Assembly (NCBI GenBank): GCA_040289575.1
Contig: PSLL01000020.1
Span: 1 to 15,379 of the forward strand
DNA: 15,379 bases
Reading direction: 5' to 3'
Source: Candidatus Dadabacteria bacterium
GTDB lineage: Bacteria > Desulfobacterota_D > UBA1144 > Nemesobacterales > CSP1-2
Shown piece after piece: positions 1 through 7,020 of the stretch. The notes beneath the pieces were generated by a model. That model was not told where the DNA came from and did not search any database. It saw only the letters and a program-made list of their open reading frames with translations. A program made the position numbers and the translations under genes. Each line of letters opens with the position of its first letter. Within the stretch, counting starts at the first letter, position 1.

Positions 1-80
1 CCATACACACAAATATCCATATCTGCTCATCTTCTGCAAGGAGGTTTTGAAATGGGTTCTAAACTCTCTGCTCTGTAGTT

Positions 81-2309
81 TCACCCCTGTCCTCCTTTTC
101 TCCGTATCAGCATCCTAAGGGATATTGCAAACACAGGGATTATAAGGATAAGGAGATTGGCTGCACCTGTCCTAATCCGAACAGACCCGCCAACCACACA
201 TCCTCCGCCACCAGAGTCTGTTCGGGGAATCACTGAGCCGCCTGAAGAGAGATTAGGATCGAGCTCTGATACAAACGCATCACTAGGACCCCTTAATGAG
301 GTTTGAAAGGCACCCGTTGTTATCGGAAAATCCAATGATAAAGTCTGGCCAGCCACATATACATCTCCACCTAAACCTATGGCTATAGATAAGACCTGAT
401 CACTATTGCTTCCACCAAGATATGTAGACGCAAAGAGGGTTGTTAAGTCTCCGCTTAGTTTTGATATAAATGCATCAAAGACAGGGGTACCGCTAAAGTT
501 GCAATCTCCATCCGTTCCACAAGAGCTATCAAAGGCCCCGATTGTCGTTGGAAAACTCGGGGACTCAGTAAAGCCAGCCACAAACACATCCCCATTGGAG
601 CCTAGGGCTATAGAGCTAGCTGCATTCTCACTACTTCCACCCAGGATAGAGCTATTTGTTTTGGTCTGGGCGATCTTATGTTCATCAGTCTTAGCGACCT
701 TATTTCCCCCACTGCCAAGATATGTAGATGCAAGGAGGGTTGTTAAATCTCCGCTTAGTTTTGATATGAATGCATCTTCAGTACCCTGCAAAGACCTCTG
801 AAAGGCTTCAGGTGTTGTTGGAAAGTCTGATGAGGCGGTAAAGCCAGCCACATATACATCTCCGATTGAGTCTATGACCATGGAACTTGCTCCATCCTCA
901 TCGGTTCCACCAAGAAACGTAGATGCAAGAAGGGCTTTTAAATCCGCGCTTAATCTCGATACAAATACATCGTTACCACCACTAAGAGAATTCTGAAAGG
1001 CACTATCTGTGGTCGGGAAATCAGAAGATGAAGTCTGGCCAGTTACATATACACTCCCACCCGATAGGGCTATAGAAAAGGCATCGTCAACATCGCCCCC
1101 ACCTAAATATGTGGATGAAAGAAGGGTTGTTAAATCCCCACTTAGCTTTGATATAAAGGCATCCCCTTTGCCATTACAGGCTCTATCAGTTCCACAAGAG
1201 GTCTTAAGAGCACCAATTGTTACGGGAAAATCTGATGATCCAGTCCCACCCGCAACATATACATCCCCACTTGAGTCTATTGCTATGGAATTGGCTTGAT
1301 CATTACCCTTTCCACCTAGGTATGTGGAGGCAAGAAGGGTTCCTAAATCTCCGCTTAACCTTGAGACAAACGCATCCCCAAGAACGCCTCCATTAAAAGA
1401 GGTCTGAAAAGCCCCGGCTGTAGTTGGGAAATCCGGTGACTGGGTGAATCCAGTCAGATATACATCCCCACCGGATATGGCTATGGAAATAGCCTCTTCG
1501 TCACTACTTCCACCTAGAAAGGTGGATGAAAGAAGGGTTGTTAAATCCCCACTTAGCTTTGATATAAATATATCTCCAAAACCCAAAGCCCTATTGCCGC
1601 CATTAAAAGAAATATCAAAAGCCCCGTCTGTAGTTGGAAAGTCCAGTGATTGAGTTATTCCAGCTACATAGACATTACCATCTGGGTCTATGGCAATAGA
1701 GCGCGCCCTATCAAGATGACCTCCACCCAAAAAGGTAGATGCAAGAAGTGGGTCAATAACAAGCACATTCGCTCTGTCATATACTCCTACCTTAAAACCG
1801 TATTCATTTCCTTTCACAAAGTATTTAACCTTAACCGGATTCTTCTTTTCACCTATCAGCTGATATGCCACTGGCTTTGTGAATTTGACAGCACCGAGCT
1901 TTGTCTTTACCTCTAGCTCTCCATACTCATTCACACATAGAGCCTTACCCTCTGATAGGGACGCTCCTACCGAATTAATCCTTACTCTTATCTCTTCCAC
2001 ATCTGCTCCGGGCTTTACATAAAACAGTTTCTCCACACTATTTCCATAAGCCCTGAGCCTTAGCTCTATTCCTTTATAGACCTCGCCGAGGCTTACAGTA
2101 TCATATGTCCTGATTTTGCTTCTCCATTTTGACGGTTCATTTCCCCTAAAGTAGCTGACCTTTGTTATCGTCTTTCCCTCTCCATTTATACCCATTACCT
2201 TTCCACCCACAATCTCCTCTTTTAGGATCACCCAATTTGCGGATTTGGGATTGAAATCTTTATAACTCGGAAGGGAATAAAAAACTCGTCCATCCCTTGT
2301 TACAAACAC
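81..2309 (-). CDS. SBBP (seven-bladed beta-propeller) repeat surface protein with C-terminal GGGC-TM-basic sorting tail; main part of a frameshifted gene (true extent about 81..2581)
   Basis: Seven repeats of the pattern (A/S)ST(F/Y)LGG..D.A.SIA...G.VYV.G.T.S.DFP.T..A. N-terminal domain has VSYFRGNEPSKW, VYKGIEL, FYVKPGAD and LVIDP, typical of SBBP proteins. Ends SGGGGC + hydrophobic helix + RRK. Confidence 0.88.
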   Translation of the reverse strand: MFVTRDGRVFYSLPSYKDFNPKSANWVILKEEIVGGKVMGINGEGKTITKVSYFRGNEPSKWRSKIRTYDTVSLGEVYKGIELRLRAYGNSVEKLFYVKPGADVEEIRVRINSVGASLSEGKALCVNEYGELEVKTKLGAVKFTKPVAYQLIGEKKNPVKVKYFVKGNEYGFKVGVYDRANVLVIDPLLASTFLGGGHLDRARSIAIDPDGNVYVAGITQSLDFPTTDGAFDISFNGGNRALGFGDIFISKLSGDLTTLLSSTFLGGSSDEEAISIAISGGDVYLTGFTQSPDFPTTAGAFQTSFNGGVLGDAFVSRLSGDLGTLLASTYLGGKGNDQANSIAIDSSGDVYVAGGTGSSDFPVTIGALKTSCGTDRACNGKGDAFISKLSGDLTTLLSSTYLGGGDVDDAFSIALSGGSVYVTGQTSSSDFPTTDSAFQNSLSGGNDVFVSRLSADLKALLASTFLGGTDEDGASSMVIDSIGDVYVAGFTASSDFPTTPEAFQRSLQGTEDAFISKLSGDLTTLLASTYLGSGGNKVAKTDEHKIAQTKTNSSILGGSSENAASSIALGSNGDVFVAGFTESPSFPTTIGAFDSSCGTDGDCNFSGTPVFDAFISKLSGDLTTLFASTYLGGSNSDQVLSIAIGLGGDVYVAGQTLSLDFPITTGAFQTSLRGPSDAFVSELDPNLSSGGSVIPRTDSGGGGCVVGGSVRIRTGAANLLILIIPVFAISLRMLIRRKGGQG
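1111..1568. repeat. 47-bp identical direct repeat between two SBBP blades (1111-1157 and 1522-1568)
   Basis: gtggatgaaagaagggttgttaaatccccacttagctttgatataaa occurs at both positions; related copies lie near 421-470 and 721-770. Confidence 0.9.
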
Positions 2310-2581
2310 CGTCCCCCCCCAAACGTATGGGCGTAAAATTCTATGCCCTTGTTAACTTGACCCTGATTGCTTATGAAAGGGATTTGAAGTTTTGTCATCT
2401 TTTGGTCTAATCCAGCCTTGCCAACCGTATTCCGCCCTTTAACCTTGTCTAAATGCCTGTTCTCCATCCCGACTTTAGATCGCCCTAAAACGTCTTGTAT
2501 GCTTTTGCACACCCTGTTAAAAGATAACCCAACTGTCATTAAGACCACACATAGGACTATGATAAATAATTTGGTTTTCAT
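2300..2581 (-). CDS. N-terminal fragment (signal peptide and start of first domain) of the SBBP protein, separated by a frameshift in a G8 tract
   Basis: ATG at 2581 with GAGGG 7 nt upstream; MKTKLFIIVLCVVLMTVGLSF signal-like segment; IPFISNQGQ..FYAHTFGG. With G6 or G9 instead of G8 it reads FGG(G)TVFVTRDG directly into ORF 81..2309. Confidence 0.8.
   Translation of the reverse strand: MKTKLFIIVLCVVLMTVGLSFNRVCKSIQDVLGRSKVGMENRHLDKVKGRNTVGKAGLDQKMTKLQIPFISNQGQVNKGIEFYAHTFGGGRCL
2313..2320 (-). repeat. Poly-G8 tract (C8 on + strand) at the SBBP frameshift
   Basis: + strand gt-cccccccc-aaa. Minus strand reads TTT GGG GGG GGA CGG TGT TTG TAA, versus the expected TTT GGG GGG ACG GTG TTT GTA. 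Confidence 0.85.
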
Positions 2582-2644
2582 CTCTCTACCCTCTTTGTTT
2601 ACATCCATAAATTGAGTAAATAGAACGCGGGGCTGGGTACCAAT

Positions 2645-4852
2645 CTATATCCTAAATCCATCAAAGAGTCCGGTTAGGTAGTAAGTAAAGCCCACTCGGA
2701 ATGTAAAAGGATTTCCCGGTACAAAGTGAATATCCCCAACAGGGGCTGGTTCATCTCTGAGTCGAGATTCGTTGAAGAACTGAGCCTCCTTGTCCTTTGT
2801 ATTTAAGAGATTTTGGACAACTGTAAAAACCTCGTAGTTTTTGTATCTGTATTTCAAGCCAAGGTCTACACGTGTAAAGCCGTCTACCCTAACATTACCG
2901 GTTTCTTCAGCGGGACGTTTTGCGAGGTAGATAATATCAACCCCGCCTTCTAATCCAAAGGGGGTCCGAAATGTAAGCCCGCTCCTAGAGAGGACTGTAG
3001 GAGCAAGCGGAATTCTATCACCATTTGTGAACCTGGCATGTGTGAGATTCAAGTCCGCATGAAGGAAAAGCCAGGGAAAAGGGCTAAAACGAGCTTCAAA
3101 CTCCCCTCCATAGCGCCTCGTGCTGCCGCTAGGTGAGAACGTTCCTTCATCTCCGTTGAAAACGAGTTCGCTCTTTAGGAAGAGATACCAAAACGCTGCA
3201 GCAAGGTCAAGACGACCATTCAAAAGCCTTGTGCGTGACCCGATTTCAAACCCTATTGCCCTAGGCAGTGTTGCCTGCGACGGATTAGAGACTACAACTC
3301 TGGCATCATTGCTGTGGAAACCGGTACCAAAGTTAAAATAGAATTCTGTATTCTTTATAGGGTTCAGGATTAGATTTGCCTTGTAACTGGTTATATGGTC
3401 GGTTTTGTTTCCTTCAATCGGTATTTCCGGGTTGTCATTGCTATTTACATTAAAGCGGTAAATATCCTCCCTTAACCCAAGGACAGTGCGCGCCCAATCG
3501 GTCAGATTCAGCTCCAACTGTATAAAAGGACCGAACGAGAGCTCAAAGATATCTACATCATTAACAGTCGCGGTTTGCACACGTCTTGTCTGCTTCCCGA
3601 GTATAAGGTGGTTATTGTCAACGCGTATTTGAATCCCTCCTGTGATTAATCCTTCACGCCCGAATAACATAAAAGCCCTATTGTAACGTGTATCGGTACC
3701 GTAGAGATAGCGGTTATCCCTCTGTACAATCCCATCTCCATTTATCGGGTCTATTAGGAAGAATGTAAAATCAGAAAAAAGGTCAAGTCTGTAGCGAGTA
3801 AAATAAACGGATGATATAAACTGGCTCTTCTCATCCGGGGTCAAAGAATACTGAATAAACACATTATGCCTCTGTGACCTTCCTCCCTCACTTGGGTCAA
3901 TAGACCCAAACCTATCTATTATCCCCTCTTCAACAGCCCGAAGCGGAATCTGACCCGATGCGTGCCACCTACCGTAATATGTGGAACCCCAGATTTTTAG
4001 TTGTGAGTTATCTGTCATATTCCAAGTCATCTTTCCAAACCCATTGATACGCAGTGCATTAATCGGATTTTCGAATGGGCCTTTATCATAGAGAATCTCA
4101 AATGCCCCGAAGGTCTCTACATCTCCGTGTGTTGGTGAGAAGAGGGTAAGGTACCTCTGAAGGGATCTAAACCTATCAACAGCATAAAGGCCGGCGCTTC
4201 CCTGAACGAAACCCTCTGGGATAGAGTCTTTGGTGATGAGCCTAACCGCTCCGGCGGTATCAAAATCTCCAAACTCCGCAAAATATGGCCCCTTGTAAAC
4301 CTCTACTGTTTGAATGGTCTCCGGGATAACAAAATGCAGGTCGGCATAACCCTGACCGTGGGCGTGGCTCCTCATATTTATAGGAAGCTGGTCTACAAAC
4401 AGGGCGATATCCGTTCCATGGTCAGCATCAAAACCACGAAGGAAAAACTGATCGGCCTTTCCCCCAGCTTGGTGCTGGACGGTAACCAACCCAGGTACCA
4501 CCCGGAGGAGATCGCTTGGCTCCTTAATTATGGGTAGGAGCTCAAAGTCCTTTTCCCTTACCTCCTTGGATGAAGCGGCTGTCACAGGCTTAGTCTCGAT
4601 AACAGTAATCTCTTTGAGTCTTTTGGTTTTTTGGGTCTCCTCGATCTTCGGTTTGGAGCCTGGTGTAGTCTCCTGAGACTCTTGTTGAGGGGGAGATTGC
4701 TCATGTTTCAGATCTTCAGCTTGATTGATTTGTGTTTGATTTCTTCCATCTAGGCTCAATTGTCCATCTTTTGCCAGTTCAATAGCAGACCCTTTGGTCT
4801 CAGAATTAGAATCCTGGGTATACCCATGTAGCCGGGATTTCCATTGAGACAT
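2645..4852 (-). CDS. TonB-dependent outer-membrane receptor, putative Ni/Co uptake type; main part of a frameshifted gene (true extent about 2645..5066)
   Basis: TonB-box-like EITVIET; plug motifs LLRVVPGL, QHQAGGKADQFFLRGFDADHGTD, SHAHGQGYADL and IQTVEVYKGP; C-terminal NLLN...PGNPFTFRVGFTY. Sits near nikR and the NiCoT gene. No signal peptide in this frame. Confidence 0.92.
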   Translation of the reverse strand: MSQWKSRLHGYTQDSNSETKGSAIELAKDGQLSLDGRNQTQINQAEDLKHEQSPPQQESQETTPGSKPKIEETQKTKRLKEITVIETKPVTAASSKEVREKDFELLPIIKEPSDLLRVVPGLVTVQHQAGGKADQFFLRGFDADHGTDIALFVDQLPINMRSHAHGQGYADLHFVIPETIQTVEVYKGPYFAEFGDFDTAGAVRLITKDSIPEGFVQGSAGLYAVDRFRSLQRYLTLFSPTHGDVETFGAFEILYDKGPFENPINALRINGFGKMTWNMTDNSQLKIWGSTYYGRWHASGQIPLRAVEEGIIDRFGSIDPSEGGRSQRHNVFIQYSLTPDEKSQFISSVYFTRYRLDLFSDFTFFLIDPINGDGIVQRDNRYLYGTDTRYNRAFMLFGREGLITGGIQIRVDNNHLILGKQTRRVQTATVNDVDIFELSFGPFIQLELNLTDWARTVLGLREDIYRFNVNSNDNPEIPIEGNKTDHITSYKANLILNPIKNTEFYFNFGTGFHSNDARVVVSNPSQATLPRAIGFEIGSRTRLLNGRLDLAAAFWYLFLKSELVFNGDEGTFSPSGSTRRYGGEFEARFSPFPWLFLHADLNLTHARFTNGDRIPLAPTVLSRSGLTFRTPFGLEGGVDIIYLAKRPAEETGNVRVDGFTRVDLGLKYRYKNYEVFTVVQNLLNTKDKEAQFFNESRLRDEPAPVGDIHFVPGNPFTFRVGFTYYLTGLFDGFRI

Positions 4853-4865
4853 ATGATGAAAGACC

Positions 4866-5066
4866 TCAGATAGATATACAAGACCTTGTTCCTCTTTTAG
4901 CCTTTCCGATTGAGTGGTTTGATTCCCGTTCTTCTTTTCTGCGCTTACTTGTCCATCCTCTTCTGGTTGGGCAATAAGGGGACAGCAAAGTACGATAACA
5001 GTTACAGCGAAGGAATAAAAAAAATAGCCCGATCCTTAGCCTTATAAATTTGTCATTACAACTCAT
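4866..5066 (-). CDS. Out-of-frame 5' end of the TonB-dependent receptor (start codon and signal peptide n-region)
   Basis: ATG at 5066 with AGGAGG 11 nt upstream. Removing one T from T8 (5017-5024) gives MSCNDKFIRLRIGLFFYSFAVTVIVLCCPLIA-QPEEDGQ...VFHH-MSQWKSR, continuous with ORF 2645..4852. Confidence 0.75.
   Translation of the reverse strand: MSCNDKFIRLRIGLFFLFLRCNCYRTLLSPYCPTRRGWTSKRRKEERESNHSIGKAKRGTRSCISI
5017..5024 (-). repeat. Poly-T8 tract (A8 on + strand) at the TBDR signal-peptide frameshift
   Basis: + strand aggaat-aaaaaaaa-tagccc; T7 restores the frame. Confidence 0.8.
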
Positions 5067-5111
5067 ATCCTCATCATCCTCCTGGCCGCATTTTTTAAAG
5101 GTAATATCGGC

Positions 5112-5139
5112 ATATGATTTTTTTTATCTTATATCATAT
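5112..5139. promoter_or_regulatory. Candidate NikR operator ATATGA-N16-TCATAT upstream of the TBDR
   Basis: Perfect palindrome (extends to ATATGAT-N14-ATCATAT) with the same geometry as E. coli NikR GTATGA-N16-TCATAC and 5/6 identity per half. It lies 45 nt upstream of ATG 5066, and nikR is in the locus. Confidence 0.6.
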
Positions 5140-5442
5140 AAGTATACAAATAACAATATAGTATTTATGATTGCAGAGTATCTAGGTAAAAATTGAAAAA
5201 TCTAATTTTTAATCAATCATAGAAAATGGAGCAGGCAATGGAATGGATAGGATAGCAGGATATAGGTATAGGGTGATACTAAAGCCAATACAATTGCCCA
5301 TTCCATACAGGAACTCTAAATTAGGCTTATGCGACATCATCACCCTCATAATTAAGGACGGGCGACGAGGCTGAGGGGAGGTTAAAAAGGATGAGTTAAT
5401 AACCCAAACCCGATATACAAGTCACCCGCCCTATAAAATCCT

Positions 5443-6411
5443 CTATTTAATATTGCCATTTAAGCCGTTAGGGAAAAAGCCACCTGGTTGCTTGTTAGAA
5501 TTCAAATAGACGATATCGAGTACCTGATCTGTACTCCGTGCAAATGCGATACCATTTGAATCTGCAGGCACTATATTGGCATTGCCATTAGCCATACCAT
5601 TATCTGTAACTGGTTGGTCTTGATCCCCGTCCCCGTCAAGGCTGTCACGTGCATCTGAAATATTGGTGGAAGTGGTGATAAGGCTGGGATTACCCATACG
5701 GCCAAGTGCAAATATTACTGTGCGAATGTTGGAGGCATGATAGGCTTCAACTGCTAGAATGCCCGCAGCGGCTAATAGAATGTTTTTATCCGTTATTAAC
5801 GGGGCTGCTCCATGATAGGCTGTTACACCCACATCCTCAAATACGAATGCCCCCAATAAGAAATTCAGTTCACTCGCAAATGGGTCAAATCCAATTGTAT
5901 TGAAGGCATCTGTAAAGTCTATATCTGGAGCGGGCACGGCTGTCCTCCCTAGGGCAGACCTTAGGAATCTAACATGAGCGAGTTCGTCCGCAGCGATTTC
6001 ATTTGCATACTGCACAATCAGTCCATTAGGATCAAATGGTACCTGACTACCTCCCTTAACTGTCCCTGCTCCTGATCCACGATCTGTATCGCCTAGCTTC
6101 TGACCGATAGAACGGAGATAAAATTCAGCCTCTAGGTACTCGAGATTTAAAGCGAAGTTAAGAATATCAGGATCTATATTTTTATTAGCCGCATGACCAT
6201 TGTCGTTATCATTACATGCGGTGATTATGCTACCAGCAAATATACCTGCGCTAGCCAGTCCTACGCCCTGTATCATACCGCGACGACTAATCAGCCTCGA
6301 CATAATGCCCTCATGTGATTCTGCTTCAATCAATTTGTTTCCTGCTCTAGATTGAACCTCGTTAATCAAATTCCTTAGCAGATTCTGACGCTTAAAATTC
6401 AATCCCAACAT
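5443..6411 (-). CDS. Ferritin-like domain protein (Ferritin_2 / desiccation-related PCC13-62 type), predicted Tat-exported lipoprotein
   Basis: Motifs LNFALNLEYLEAEFY, EIAADELAHV, FEDVGVTAY, AVEAYH and GGFFPNG. Twin-arginine SRRGMI + hydrophobic stretch + IITAC lipobox. RBS AAGGAGG. Confidence 0.88.
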   Translation of the reverse strand: MLGLNFKRQNLLRNLINEVQSRAGNKLIEAESHEGIMSRLISRRGMIQGVGLASAGIFAGSIITACNDNDNGHAANKNIDPDILNFALNLEYLEAEFYLRSIGQKLGDTDRGSGAGTVKGGSQVPFDPNGLIVQYANEIAADELAHVRFLRSALGRTAVPAPDIDFTDAFNTIGFDPFASELNFLLGAFVFEDVGVTAYHGAAPLITDKNILLAAAGILAVEAYHASNIRTVIFALGRMGNPSLITTSTNISDARDSLDGDGDQDQPVTDNGMANGNANIVPADSNGIAFARSTDQVLDIVYLNSNKQPGGFFPNGLNGNIK

Positions 6412-6492
6412 TGCTTGATCCTCCTTGTTAATCTAAGCATATAATTTATAAATTCGTATACTTAATGTATATATGATTTTTATATTTATATA

Positions 6493-6519
6493 TACGAATA
6501 GGGTATATCGTTTGGATGA
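6493..6519 (-). promoter_or_regulatory. Candidate ECF sigma (SigK-like) promoter TCATCC-N17-CGTA for the ferritin-like gene
   Basis: Minus strand reads cTCATCCaaacgatataccctattCGTAta, about 80 nt upstream of ATG 6411; resembles CATCC...CG(T/A)A ECF promoters. Confidence 0.4.
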
Positions 6520-6601
6520 GTATTGTCAATCAATATTTTCCTAACCTTGGATGTAGCTTAGATAGACAAAGGTTAATAAAGAACCCCTTTTATTGAATAA
6601 C

Positions 6602-6630
6602 TTGACCCCGATCCTTTGGGGTTTTATATT
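6602..6630 (+). promoter_or_regulatory. Sigma70-like promoter TTGACC-N17-TATATT for the His-rich gene, with ACCCC-N8-GGGGT palindrome
   Basis: TTGACC 6602-6607 and TATATT 6625-6630 (5/6 matches each) with a 17-nt spacer. Confidence 0.6.
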
Positions 6631-6666
6631 TAACCAAATACAATGAAAAAAAGTGAGGCTATAATA

Positions 6667-6897
6667 ATGAAAGGAAAGCACAAGCATAGACATAAACACA
6701 GCCATCAACATACCCATATACATGACCATGAGCATTCACACGGAGGCAAAACACATAAGCATGAGCATATCCATGAACATGAACACTCACGCAAAGGGAA
6801 TCCAGATGTACATGACCATAAACATACAGGAGAACACGGCTCACATGATCATGAGCATCAGGGTCATAAATCGGAAAGGCAAAACCACTCTCATTAA
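6667..6897 (+). CDS. Small histidine-rich (HxHxH) putative nickel-binding/storage protein, 76 aa
   Basis: 27 His in 76 aa, mostly alternating; GAGG at 6655-6658 before ATG 6667 (alternative start 6643); own promoter; adjacent to the NiCoT gene and nikR. Confidence 0.75.
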   Translation: MKGKHKHRHKHSHQHTHIHDHEHSHGGKTHKHEHIHEHEHSRKGNPDVHDHKHTGEHGSHDHEHQGHKSERQNHSH

Positions 6898-6920
6898 AAC
6901 CTCGTGAAATCTATTACATA

Positions 6921-6958
6921 AGGCGAATGTAAGATTAATGTAAGATTGATGTTCGCCT
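6921..6958. repeat. 11-bp tandem repeat (AATGTAAGATT x2) enclosed by a 7-bp inverted repeat AGGCGAA/TTCGCCT
   Basis: Direct repeats at 6926-6936 and 6937-6947; inverted arms at 6921-6927 and 6952-6958; located between convergent genes. Confidence 0.75.
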
Positions 6959-7020
6959 CTTAACTCTCTCTAGAACATCAAAACTCTAAATTTCAATAAA
7001 AAATCCATCCCCAAAAAGGA

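Noticed and set aside
1..78. AGGAGG plus ATG at 52 (MGSKLSAL*), and a minus-strand ATG at 30
   Set aside because: Only 8 codons, or truncated by the window edge; cannot be supported.
421..1570. Recurring 30-47 bp repeats as a possible CRISPR array
   Set aside because: Spacing is about 190-300 bp, the repeats are in frame within a protein repeat, and no cas genes are present.
406..1916. Several + strand ORFs with repeating VVKSPLSFD motifs
   Set aside because: They are antisense shadows of the SBBP repeats and have no independent coding evidence.
3120..4537. + strand ORFs 3120..3341 and 4310..4537
   Set aside because: Antisense to the well-supported TBDR, with no recognisable motifs.
5229..5240. 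GAGCAGGCAATG resembling the start of a NiCo riboswitch
   Set aside because: It is on the + strand with no downstream + strand gene, and I could not find the rest of the four-way junction.
6541..6907. Met-rich and Val/Tyr-rich ORFs 6541..6735(-), 6659..6844(-) and 6722..6907(+)
   Set aside because: They are alternate-frame by-products of the CAT/CAC periodicity in the His-rich gene, which has the promoter and RBS.
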